DNA of 64,000 bases. Source: Octopus vulgaris. Lineage: Eukaryota. A program made the translations under genes and the position numbers. The notes below the pieces were generated by a model that saw only the letters and a program-made list of their open reading frames with translations, was not told the origin of the DNA and made no database searches. Location of the stretch: the NCBI GenBank assembly GCA_951406725.2, contig OX597824.1:73346001-73410000 (forward strand). The letters run 5' to 3'. The first letter of the stretch is position 1; every line of letters begins with the position of its first letter. This document shows positions 37,841-50,317 of this stretch, piece after piece.

Positions 37841-38297
37841 TGTAGTGATGCTATCGTGGAAGTTTCAGCACGTATGCACAGAGTTGGATTACTTCCGGTG
37901 GGCATCGGAAGTTCCCTCATGCATATGTGCAGGAACTGCAACCTGAAAGCGTACCCGCTAAATCGGCCCTTTTGGAAGAGCAGCCCTAACGAGTGGTCGT
38001 GGCTAAAACTTCTCTCAGAGAAAACCCTATGCATAGAGAAGCTCTCTTTGAAGCGAGAATGGAGACCGTATCTTCTTGGCTCACCCGAGTGAACATTTGT
38101 TTACAGTCCTGTGGACTTGGCTGCCGGTTCGCCCTTAAGAAATATATATGTATATATTTTACCTGTGAACCCGAAGAATAAAGTGTTATTTATTGTTATT
38201 GAAGACAGCCGGATTTTGGTACCTTTTCTTCGACTTGTATGTGACAAGATAAAACCAGACACCCCTCAAGTGTTCCTGAAACTCTCATCTTGTTACA
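37841..38297 (+). mobile_element. LTR (probably Gypsy-type), 457 bp, no internal region
   Basis: TGTA...TACA termini, AATAAA at 38177, followed after 2 nt by a tRNA-Trp PBS. GACC at 37837-37840 and 38339-38342. Confidence 0.85.
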
Positions 38298-38299
38298 AT

Positions 38300-38338
38300 T
38301 GGTGACCCCAACGTGATTCGAACATGCAGCCTACTGAT
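38300..38338 (-). other. PBS extended into a 39-nt copy of the tRNA-Trp 3' half, including CCA
   Basis: TGGTGACCCCAACGTGATTCGAACATGCAGCCTACTGAT is complementary to tRNA-Trp positions 76-38 (recalled metazoan sequence), with about 3-4 mismatches, two of them at CpG. Confidence 0.85.
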
Positions 38339-38664
38339 GACCATTCTTGTAATCACATCAAATCAAATCACCTTTTTGTCATCCCTTTCTTGTTCTAGTG
38401 CAGTCAAGGGTCTTTCACTGAACCCATCAGACTGCATCATATCTTCAAGGAAGAGATCAAGCTAGACTTATGATGTGGCAGTAGATCCTTGAGCTGATGA
38501 ACTAGTGCATGCTGACAAAGAACATCTCAAGGATCTAGAAGAAAAACATGATTGTTGCTCCCCTGAAGATGAACTGTGAGTTTTACTTTGTCCAACTTCT
38601 CTTTCAGAGTGCTTACACTCTGTCATGTATGCACACTGACATTACACATCCAGCATATGCAATG

Positions 38665-39040
38665 AACATTCTGCTTTGCCACCCATATAAACTGTTTGAG
38701 TGTCTGTTCCTTAACAGGCTTGCTCCTTCTATTGAACTGACCATCATTCCTCAACAACCCAGATTCCAATCTGGTAACTTACAGCAGTCTTACAACAAGC
38801 AAACTATAGAAGCTCCACCAGCTTATTGAAGACAGATTTCAGAAAGGACTGAAAAAAAAAGCTGTTTTTGTTGATTTGTGTGCAGTATATGAGGCTGTGA
38901 ACCATTCCTTCTTTCCGTAAAAGATCTTGGAGCTGACAAAAGACCTGGCAATTATAGACCTCATTGTAAGTGTTCTTTGTTGTCTTGAACAGCAAGCAAA
39001 GTCAGAATGGCTTGTACCAAGACAGTGTGTTGGTTTCACT
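38665..39040 (+). mobile_element. LINE RT fragment, decayed
   Basis: LLCHPYKLFECLFLNRL...IPQQ and AVFVDL motifs. Confidence 0.6.
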
Positions 39041-39044
39041 ACTA

Positions 39045-39238
39045 CAAGGGGTTGCTGTAAAGTTCCTGGATTTAAGGGTGGCCCAACCTTCTGAGTTCTT
39101 TTACATGGCTTAGAAAAACTGAAGGACCACTGCAATAAATGTGAATATGAGAGAAGAATATGTTGGGTAAAATCATAATTAACTGATCCTCCTGTATTTT
39201 CTTTTACCCAAAGCCAGGAACTTTTCAGCACCCCCTCA
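39045..39238. mobile_element. mariner MITE, same family as 20310-20526
   Basis: Same TIRs and internal sequence. Confidence 0.85.
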
Positions 39239-39477
39239 TTTATTAATGTAACATCACCAGCTGCATATTGATACAATACTGTAAATTATATATTGTAAGC
39301 AAATCTGCTGGTTGTATTCTGCAAACAGTCGTAATGGGAGAAAGACTAGTTTAAAGTGTTGCATACCACTGCACTGGCCTTGTACATGCATGTGTGTATG
39401 TGTGTCTATGGGTGTGTGTGTGTGAGTAAAGAAGTTAGGAGCACTTAGTACTGCCACTGCTACGTGCTTTTACAGAT

Positions 39478-39786
39478 ATATATTGTTTGTTCCTTCTCGA
39501 GCCATGCCTAGCTCATAAGGGCTGGTTTCCCGGTTTCCTTGGTGTATAGGTTCCCCACCTGGATGGCACGCCAGTCCGTCGCAGGTGAGCTGTAAAATGT
39601 AGGAGGAAAGAGTGAGAGAAAGTTGTGGCGAAAGAGTCAGCAGAAGTTCACCATTACCTTCTGCCAGAGCCGCATGGAGTTTAGGTGTTTTGCTCATAAA
39701 CACACACATCGCCCAGTCTGAGATTCGAACCCACCATCCCTCGACCGCGAGTCCGCTGCTCTAACCACTAGGCCATATGCCTCCAC
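39478..39786 (-). mobile_element. SINE S3 with TSD
   Basis: Full copy; 11-bp TSD CTTTTACAGAT at 39467 and 39787. Confidence 0.88.
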
Positions 39787-40084
39787 CTTTTACAGATGGC
39801 ATTCTGGCAGAATCATTAGCCCACTAGGTAAAATGCTTAGCAGCATTTCATCCATCTTTACCTACAGAGTTCAAATCCTGCCAAAGTCAACTTTGCCTTT
39901 TATCCTTTCAAGGTTGATAAAATAAGTACCGGTTGAGTATTGGGGTCGATGTTATCAACTAGATCCTCCCCCAAATTTCAGGTCTTGTGACTATTGTAAA
40001 AAAAGGATTAATGTGATAGTAGAAACAAGGGGAGAGAAGCAAAACTCCCCTAACTCACATGAACGAGCTATTTAAACATGTCAG

Positions 40085-40880
40085 TGTTTAATGTCCACTT
40101 TTCATGCTGGCATGGGTTGGACAGTTTCATTGCGAGTGGCAAACTGGGAGGCTGCACCAGGCTCCAATCTGATTTGGCAAGGTTTCTACAGCTGGATGCC
40201 CTTCCTAAGTCAACCACTCAGAGTGTAGTAGGTGCTTTCTATGTGCCACCAGCACAGGAGGCAATCAGGTGGCACTGGCATCGACCACACTCAAATAGTG
40301 CTTTTTACATGCCACTGGGACAGGAGGTAGTCAGGTAGCACTAGTATTGACCATGCCTGAATGGTGTTTTTTATGTGCCACTGGCACAGGTGCCATTCAT
40401 GTAGCACTGGTATTGGTCACGAATACAATCTCACTTGATTCAACAGGTGTTCACAAGTACAGCATTATTGCTCAACAATTGAAGGGTGCTCTTCAATGGG
40501 CTAGTTATGCGACACTGGCAATGACCACAATTACTGTCTCATTTGGCTTGCCAGGTCTTCTCAAGCACAGTATATCTCCAGACAGAGGTCTTGATCATTT
40601 GTCATTGCCTCTATAAGTCCTAACATTTGAAGGTTGTGCTTCACCACCTCATCTCATGTCTTCCTGGGTCTATCTCTTCCACTGGTACCCTCCATTGTTA
40701 GAGTGTGACACTTCTTCACACTGCTGTCCTCATCCATATATAAAACATGACCATACTAGCGCAGTCATCTCTTTTGCACACCACATCTGATACTTATCTC
40801 CAACTTCTCTCTCAGAGAGCTTACACTCTGTCATGTATGCACACTGACATTACACATCCAGCAGAGCAATACTAGTTTCA
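40085..40880 (-). mobile_element. RTE LINE 3' end with S2 tail
   Basis: Colinear with 27380-28132. Confidence 0.8.
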
Positions 40881-41037
40881 TTTTCTTCAACTTCTAATAT
40901 ATATCTATATATTATATTAAACATAAATCTTTAGTTAAATATATTCAACGAGAATATTATATACTGAATCTATATTGAGTGCTCTATTATATCAAAGTAT
41001 TAATACTATTAAAGTATTTATATATTTAATACAAGCG

Positions 41038-41073
<36 letters not shown>

Positions 41074-42569
41074 AATAATATATTATTATTAATATCAGGA
41101 AATCAATATCGAAAACTCCTCAGAAAGATATACACGTGTGGAAAATAATTGTTGTATTAAAAATATATAAATATGTATAAAAGTATATGTAAATATGTAT
41201 AAGTATATAATGTATATGACAGTTTAAAAGTTTTGAATGAAGTATTTAAAGCATTTTACGATCATTTCACAGAAGTGCTGTCCCTATAATGAAATCCTAT
41301 ATTGATAAGCATTTATAGACAACTCTTCTACTCTTCAGAGATATAAAATTTGAATTTTGTATAACATATCGAATGGTAGTTTTTTTTTTAAATTTGAAGT
41401 AATACTATAAAATGGTGCTTGTTTGAAATATAAATTAAAAATGAAAAATTACTGCTTTTGGTGAGAGTCTTTAAATTCATATATACTTCCTTGGTTAGTC
41501 TTCTGCAATAATCCATAATATTCATATGCAAAATTTGTTATATTGTCTTGTATTCCAAATATAGTTCATATACTTAGTTTAGAAATGTGAAATTTGTATA
41601 TACTTTGGTATGAGAATCTTGAAATTCATATATGTCTCCTTGGTAATTCCTCAGTCTATAAATGCTTATCTGATATTGATTTCCTGATATTAATAATAAT
41701 ATATTATTAAAAAATATATATATTAAACATATATATATATATATATATTATATTCTGATCCCCTTTCCTTGTGGTATATATTCTGATCCTCATTCCTTGT
41801 GAGTATGCCTGGCATTTTTGCATTTTGGCACCATCTCTATTCTGCTGTCTCTCCTTCTATAGCACTTCATCCAAGTTGGGTAACCAAGTATTTCCTCTGC
41901 AGTAGTGCACCTGTTTTTGTCATCATTCCAGATCTCTCTCTCTCTCTCTCTCTAACCAGGTAACCTTGTACTTCCTCTACAGCAAGGCACCTGTTTCTGT
42001 CTTTCTGTTTCACTATAACCTTTCATCATCTGACATAAGATCACCTTCTCTAATGCCCACACCCCTCTTGAAAGTTTTTTTCTTTGTCTTGCAAGTACTT
42101 GGTGACCCTGTCAGTGCAGGTTCCACTTAAAAGCACCCAATCCGCACTGTAAAGTGGTTGGTGTTTGGAAGGGCATCCAGCAGTAAAAACCTTGCTAAAA
42201 CTGGCCTTGCCTGTACTTATGCCACATAAAAAGCATAACTGACCTCACCTTTGTTTGTATCACATAAAAAGCACTACTGACCTCGCCTGTGCTTGTGCCA
42301 TGTAAAATGCACTAAGTCCATTCTGCTGAATGGTTGGTGCTAGGAAGAGCATCCAGCTGTAAAAATCCTGCCAAAGCAGTTACAGAAGTCTGGTGCAGGC
42401 TCCTTCCTAGCCAGCTCTTGTGAAACCATTACATCCATGCTAGCATGGAAGGCGGACATTAAACGATGATGATGATGATCATGATCATGATATATGCATG
42501 TATATGTATGTGTATGTATACATATTAGTATTTTAAATATGACCCACCTCTCAAAGACTGGGATTAACA

Positions 42570-43775
42570 AAACTTAGCACAATTATTGGTCCTTCTCTAC
42601 ACTGTCACCACCAATGGTAACACACTTCTCCCATTGCTTTATGCAGCTGTAAAGATCTCTTCTGTAGAAGTTGGTAGGTTGCATCTGAAGCCAAGACTTT
42701 ACCTCAGATATAAGTTCATCATCATCCAAAAAGTGCTTCCTTTTCAAAAACAACTTCATGGTTGGAAAGAGGTGGAAGTCAGATGGTTTGAGGTCAAGAG
42801 AGTAGGATGGATGAGGGAGGATTTCGTAGCCACAGGAGTGTGCTTTCATCTGGGCAACATGCGCATTGTAAACCGAGGTGTTATCTTGGAGGAGGCAGAC
42901 TCCTTTGGTCAACATGCTATGTGTCTCCACTTTGATGGCATCTGCAATTTCTGCAGCAGAGAAGCATAATATACTCTGTTAATTGTGGTGCCCTTTGCCA
43001 GAAGATCCATCATTACTACTCCGTGCTGGTCCCAAAAGACCGTGAGCATCACCTTGCCTGCTGAAGGTTGGGTACGAGCCTTCTTTGGAGGTGGTGAGTT
43101 ACCAAGCTTTCATTACCCAGGATCATAGTGAAGGACCCATGTTTCATCCTGTGTGATAAGTCTGCTGAAAAAGTCCTCTTCATCTTCTTGGCACATTGCC
43201 AAAAGAGTCTGAGAGCAATGGACTCATTCCTGCTTCTGAAAAGTGTGAGCATCCGAGGAATCTATTGTATGGACAACTTCTGCATGTGCAAATGGTTGCG
43301 AATAATTTTTCCATGGACCCTATACTTAGCTTCACTTCTTGGGCTAGTTGCCAAATAGATATGCAGCAATCCTCCAGAACGGTGTCTTCCACTTTATGGA
43401 TGGTGTTGTCATCAATGGCGGAATGTGGTCATCCAGAAATAGGAGCAGTTTCCACCAATGTCCAACCATATTTTAACTGGCGATGCCAGTGCTTGACTAC
43501 AATTGTATGATGGTGCATCATCACCATAAACTTCTTTCATCTCATCGAAAATCTCTTTTGGTGTACAACCTTACATGTATAGGAACCTGATCACTGATCT
43601 GTATTCAACTGCTTCCATTATAACACCTTGTCCACTTCAGCAGCCGTAAAAAACAAATGAATACTAATGGAAAGCTACAATTTACAATGTGACATTGAGA
43701 CATGTATAATTATACCTGTACAGGCTGTTTCCTGCAATAAGTGAGTTAGGGGAAATCTTTAATGAACACCCCTCG
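42570..43775 (-). pseudogene. mariner transposon, near full length (CDS about 43618-42583), decayed
   Basis: MEAVEYRSVIRF; QDETW; LLQDN...HPSYSLDLKPSD with exactly 34 residues between the Ds (D,D34D). TA-CGAGGGGTGTTCATTAAAG terminus. Confidence 0.9.
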
Positions 43776-44323
43776 TATATATATACACACACACACACAC
43801 ACAATTCTTCAATCCCTCTGCCTCCTACCTCTCTCTGTTCCTCCCACATGATCGATGTTTGGCCAAGCATAATCTTTCTTTCTTGGCTTTACTGCTGCCT
43901 ACACAACACCTTAATTTCCTGAATTCTGACTTTCATCTATGTTTGTGCCTTAAGGCTTCCACTTAACACACCAGCTCAATTTAACTTGTCCTTATTAGTT
44001 GAAAGACACCTGTTGTTATTCTTGTTGTTTGTATTTGTAATCATTCAACATTTTCTCTGTTTTCTTGTTCTTTTGTCTATGTTGTCACACATATTTGCTT
44101 GCTTTGTTCCAAAAATTTAATGCTCTTAGCTTAGATTTTTGGGGCCTACCAATCTTGAACAGTCTCAAGTGTAACAGGCCAAAATTGTAATGATGATTGG
44201 ATGCTTGACTGGTGAAAGAAAGCCATGAATGTTCCATCCTAGCTTTTCCTGTCCATCTTTGTATCATCTATCTGTCCATGTGTTTTTATTGTCATCCGTT
44301 ACATTCTTATTGTTTTTTGGATT

Positions 44324-44355
<32 letters not shown>

Positions 44356-44580
44356 AATAAGGATAAGATTTTTTAATTAAAAATAAAATAACGATTTTAT
44401 CAAGTGGCCAGCATGGAAAAAATAACCTTCAAAGGTAATAATTATTAAAATTATAAATTAGGGTATCTACGAGATACCACCATGCTGAAAATAGTAGCAG
44501 GATACCCTAATTTATAATTTTAATAATTATTACCTTTGAAGGTTATTTTTTCCATGCTGGCCACTTGATATAAATTTATG

Positions 44581-44647
<67 letters not shown>

Positions 44648-45271
44648 GTATGTATAATTGAAATTAAGGATAAAATCTTTATAAGAATTTATCAAATAGT
44701 TAGCGTGAAAAACCTCATAAGGGAAAAATCCATCAATTATTTTTCTTAAATATATTTATTTATATTAAGGGCATTACTATACATAAATGCCTCATTCTAG
44801 GAGGGACTCTTAAAGTCAAAACTACCATAATAAATGTGTCTATTTATTATGGTAGTTTTAGCTTCAAGAGTCCCTCCTAGCATGAGGCATTTATGTATAG
44901 TAATGCCCTTGATATAAATATATATATATCTTGACGTATATTTTTTCTAAACAAAAGGCTATTATCAGTATTATTCATTTCCGCTTCTCCAGGTGAACAC
45001 GCCCACACTGGAAGGTTATTACATCAGTTAGAAATAGATGGAGGTTGATAGCAAGAAGGGCATCTAGCTGTGGAAAACTTTACTCCAGCATACTCTTGCC
45101 TGACTTGTGGAAGCATGGTGCAATGATGATGACGACAATTGCAATGACAACAATGACGATGAAGAAGAAGAACACACATGTTATGGTATGCTTTAATGCA
45201 TGACCTGTTACCAGACAAATTGTGACACAATATACAAACCATATCAACTCTTGAATTCTGATATTGCTTAC

Positions 45272-45379
45272 TTCCTTTTGAAGTATAAAGCTGTGTATAT
45301 TTGGATTTAGGCCATAATCTAGAAGAGCTTCATAAACCTCAGGAAGCAAACAAATTTTTGATGCTTTCGAATCTTTCAT
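45272..45379 (-). CDS. Candidate first coding exon (MKDSKASKICLLPEVYEALLDYGLNPNIHSFILQKE)
   Basis: ATG with A at -3, 36 open codons, donor GAA|GTAAGC in phase 0. Possible acceptor at 45424-45425. Confidence 0.35.
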
Positions 45380-46067
45380 TGTGTTTCAGTGATGTTATTA
45401 AAATCATATATTTTCTCAAAACTCTGTTATCAGATAAAGTTCAAGTGAGGTATGGTTTTTCTTTAAAAATATATTTATTTTAAATAACATCAAAAAGATC
45501 ATGATGAAAAATTCATTTGTATTCTGTGAGTATTTTGACTATGTATGTATGTATGTATGTGTGTGTGTATACATACATGCATATAAATATTTGAAGAGGA
45601 AGTGAAAGAGAGAGAGAGAGTCAGCTGTGTAGCTCAATGTATACACACAGCTGATAGCCCTGTTACAGCAGTATTTGTACTCAGATAGCATCTCTTAGAG
45701 ACATGCTATACCAAAAAAAAACACAATAAATATCAGAGAGCCACAAAAATTTGTCCTAGCAATGACCAGTTATGAATACCAGATTTTTATTTAGCCAGGC
45801 AACTATTTGCAACATCAGTGAATCCTCTATTCACATTTTTCTATGGCTGGCAGAAATTATGTGCACTTGAAGAGGCTCAAAAAAGGCAATCCATTCTTCT
45901 CACTGCCTGCTATTGAGATGAAATTTTGTCTCTTTCAGATATATATATATATATATTATACACATATTTTTTTTTATACATACAGATACACATATAATAT
46001 GGAATAGAATCAGCAGGAATATCTTTGTTCATTGATCTGCTTGATCATGCTAACCTGGGGCTACATA

Positions 46068-46556
46068 ATCATCATCATCATCATTTAATGTTCGCTTTCC
46101 ATGCTGGCATGGATTGGACAGTTTGACTGAGGACTGGTGAGCCAAACGGCTGCACCAGGCTCCAATCTGATCTGGCAGAGTTTCTACAGCTGGATGCCCT
46201 TCTTAATGCCAACCACTCCGAGAGTGTAGTGGGTGTTTTTGTGTGCCACCGGCACGAGGGCCAGCCAGGCGGTACAGGCAACGGCCATGCTCAAATGGTA
46301 TTTTTTACATGCCACCTGCTCAGGAGTCAGTCCAGCGGCACTGGCAACAACCTCACTTGAATGTTGCCACTGGCACAAGTGCTGGTAAGGCAACGCTGGT
46401 AATGATCACACTTGAATCGTGCTTTTTACATGCCACCGGCATGGGAGCCAGTCAGTGGCCCCGGCAACGATCATGCTTGGATGGTGCTCTTAGCATTCCA
46501 CTTGCATGGATGCCAGTCAAGCGGTGCTGTTATCGAATCTGATTTCAATTTCACTT
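46068..46556 (-). mobile_element. S2 / RTE-tail repeat
   Basis: (CAT)n, S2 motifs and internal GC-rich subrepeats. Confidence 0.8.
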
Positions 46557-47242
46557 GCGTATATAATTAGTCAGTAATTGATATATTTGAAAAGAAACAC
46601 ACTCTAAAACATTAGACTGGTAATAATTAGAAGGTCGTTTGTTATGACCAGTCAGAAAGCGACCATTGGTTTCACATCTACAAAGCACTTAACTGTATAG
46701 GTAACTCACCAGACTCAATGACACTCTATATGTATCTCCAGCCAATGAGTCTGATGTGTTGCCTATGCACTTTATAGGTGCAAAACCTATGGGAACTCTC
46801 TGACCGACAATAACAAACAACCTTCTAAATATATGTGTGTGCGTGTGTGTGTGGGGGGTTGTATGTATGTATGTATGTATGATATCTGAGTAACATGTAC
46901 TAGTGCACATAAATACCTATATGGGAAACATGTGTAGAGGGAGAAAGACTAAGTGAGTAACTGGGAAATCAGAGATGGAAGCAGATAACTAGAAGAGTGG
47001 TGGTGGTGGTTGGGGAACCGATATAATGGGAGATCATATCACAGATAGACAAATAGCTAGAGAGACACTGTGGGGAAGAGGCGTAGGTATGGATGTATGG
47101 AAGTTAGGTAGGTCAATGAACAGACTATGTAATCAATGGCTTGATGATTCTTGTTTCAAATTCTAGTGTTTCATTCATATAGATTTTTCATTTATAAATA
47201 AACACACAGAAATAAATGAATGAGAAAAGTAATTTGTATATA

Positions 47243-47319
<77 letters not shown>

Positions 47320-47399
47320 GTATATATATATATATATATATAATATAATATAATATAATATAATATACCAACACACACAGCTACGACATTCGTGTCATT

Positions 47400-47640
47400 A
47401 CCATCATCACCACCACCAACAACAACAACATTAACTGCAAAAGTGCTATCACTGCCACCAACAACACTATTATTCACACTACCACCACCATCAACAACAA
47501 CAACAACAACATCACCACCACCAACAACAACAACATTAACTGCAAAAGTGCTATCACTGCCACCAACAACACTATTATTCACACTACCACCACCATCAAC
47601 AACAACAACAACAACAATATCAACATCCCCATCACTTCCA
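47400..47640. repeat. 105-bp tandem duplication within (CAA/CAC)n
   Basis: TTAACTGCAAAAGTGCTATCACTGCC at 47431 and 47536. Confidence 0.85.
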
Positions 47641-47963
47641 TCACCATCACCAGCATCAATGACAACAATAATAATGAAAAAAAGTAAGACAGAGGAGCCA
47701 AATATAAATGAAAAAAATATGTTAGTAGAGCTGGTTAGTAAGTACAAGATGGAACACACACACACACACAGACACAGACACACACACACACACGCACACG
47801 CACACACACACACACTACTTATATCTAAGACTTACACATGCTACATATAAATATTTAAAATGAAAAAGCCCCCCAGCAAAAGTTGTTTTTTTTATATATC
47901 TTCTCTGTATAATTTACTTTAATTTCCCAGGTGTAATATCACACACATACACATGTATATATA

Positions 47964-49006
47964 TGAGGTGGTACCAAAATGTCCCAGGACTAGTTCTATA
48001 GCATGCCAACAGATGGCACTATATGGTTGCATGTGCAGTGAAAGCTAACAGGGACTTTTATAAGGTGGTGTGTCGAGTGACATTTGCTATGTTTACTTCA
48101 GAAGTTGTGAAATTTGTGTTTTTATGATCATGCGTATGCTGTAGTCTGCAATTTTGTCACGGTCAGGAAGTTGGAACAAAGAACCAACGTGAAATTTTGT
48201 GTTAACCCTTTAGTGTTTAAACTGGCCATATCAGGCCAAAATTGTCTTCCTGTTTTATGCTCAAACCAGCCAGCTCTGACCTCTCACACCTACCCTACAA
48301 AGTCGTTCTAAAAATAAACAGGGGCATCATCAAAATCTCAGAGTTACAAGATGCTGTACAATTAATTTAAAACAATGTAATTAAACAGGTTTTTACATTT
48401 GACAGATTAATCTGAATGCTAAAGGGTTAAACTTGGGAAGGCTGCTTCAGAGACATTGAGGATGCTTTGGCAAGCTTACGGTGACGAGGCAATGGGTCAT
48501 TCGCAATGTTTCAAGTGACGCGAGCACTTCAAAAGTGAAAGACTGTCCTTGGAAGACAATGAGCAATCTGGAAGGCTTGCCATGTGTATCACCTCCTGAA
48601 ATGTGGAAAAAATTCATCAGCTTATGTGTGAGAATTGTTGGAGGACAATCAATGACATTGCTGATGTTTTTTGGCCTGTCTCAATTGAACATGCGGCATG
48701 TCTCTGCCAAGTTTGTCCCCTGTGTGCTGACCACTGAGCAGAAAGAACATCATGTCGAAGTCTGTCAAGATCTCCATCAGCATGCCACTGATGACTCATC
48801 CTTCATATCAAGGGTTATCATTGGTGACATGAGTTGGGTCTACAGTGACAACCCTGAGATGAAGCAGTGGTTGTCACAGTGAAAAAGGCCTTCATCTCCA
48901 CGACTGTGCAAGGTGACTATTTCAAAGAAGATGATGTTAAAATTTAAGTAAATAAGTTATTTTTTATTAAACATAACTAGTCCAGGAACTTTTTGATACC
49001 ACCACG
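47964..49006 (+). mobile_element. mariner transposon, internally deleted, both TIRs present
   Basis: TIRs TGAGGTGGTACCAAAA...GGACTAGTT and AACTAGTCC...GATACCACCACG, TA flanks. EQRTNVKFCV, AKFVPCVLT and IIGDMSW motifs. Confidence 0.9.
48206..48426 (+). mobile_element. piggyBac-type MITE A, complete, TTAA TSD
   Basis: TTAA-CCCTTTAG...CTAAAGGG-TTAA. Removing it restores the mariner frame KFCV/KLGK. Confidence 0.93.
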
Positions 49007-49055
49007 TACACACACACAAACACTCACACACATACACATACACACACGCACAAAT

Positions 49056-49090
<35 letters not shown>

Positions 49091-49938
49091 CAAAAACATA
49101 CACACACACACACACACACACACAGACAGCAGAGAGTTATTACAAGGGAGATAATCATTTCTTTATAATATTTGGTGGGATTAGAAATTTGAATTTGTAA
49201 TAAGGAAAACAATGCATAGAATACATGCATTTAAGTTTTCTTTGGGTTTTTTAAAAATAATATGTTTATATCTTACAATTTCCATGTTGTATAAATGACT
49301 GAGAGTACAATACACAGCTCTGTTGTTTCTGGTATTCATTTTCTGCTGATTGAAGAGGAGCAACAGCAGCAATATGAAATGAGACATTTTTCTGAAGGAT
49401 ACAATCTGCTGTCTAGTCTGGGAATCAAAACTACACTTGTGAGCCTAACTACTAGGCCATAATTCTTCAAACATAGACAAACACACACACCTATGCATGC
49501 ACACACACACATGCACATGCATGCATATACAGACACAAGAAGGGAAAAAGGGAAAATAGGAGAGCTTCTGACAATGCTGAAAGTTTAACAAAACCTTTAT
49601 ATTTCAGGTGCGAAGGTCCATCCTCAGAAGAAAAACAGTCTGGGAAATGCCTTTTTATACAGGTTCCATTAATTAACCTATTCAAATTCCTCAGTATTAT
49701 ATTGGCAGTAGCATTCTCTCTCCAAATGTTGGAGAGTGTACGTTAACGGAACCTGTATAACTAGATATTTTCCAGATGTATAACTAGACATTTGTATGAA
49801 TGCTTTTCTTCTGAGGATGGGCCTTTGCACATGAAATATAAAGGTTTTGTTAAACTTCCTCCATTGTCAGAAGCCTTCCTATTTTTCCTTCTTCAATGTT
49901 ACAATGCTTCAAGTGAATTACAATGCTTCTATAAATAA

Positions 49939-50013
<75 letters not shown>

Positions 50014-50016
<3 letters not shown>

Positions 50017-50317
50017 CGTGGCCGATGCCAGCGCCGATCCGAATCGTGGCCGATGCCAGCACCGCCTCGACTGGCTTCCATGCCGGTGGCACATAAATTG
50101 CACCAATCCGACCATGGCTGTTGCCAGCTTCGCCTGGCACCTGTGCGGGTGGCATGTAAAAAGTACCCACTACACTCATGGAGTGGTTGGCGTTAGGAAG
50201 GGCATCCAGCTGTAGAAACATTGCCAGATAAGACTGGAGCCTGGTGCAGCCTTCAAGCTTCCCAGATCCCCGGTCGAACCATCCAACCCATGCTAGCATG
50301 GAGAACGGACGTTAAAC

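Noticed and set aside
45311-45450. Plus-strand exon candidate ending GAG|GTATGG
   Set aside because: Overlaps the minus-strand candidate, has a weak acceptor, and no phase-compatible partner exon was found.
47175-47850. Longest ORFs (212 aa Val/Gly-rich; 152 aa mucin-like Thr/Pro-rich)
   Set aside because: (CAA/CAC)n low-complexity sequence with a 105-bp duplication; open on both strands and runs into dinucleotide repeats.
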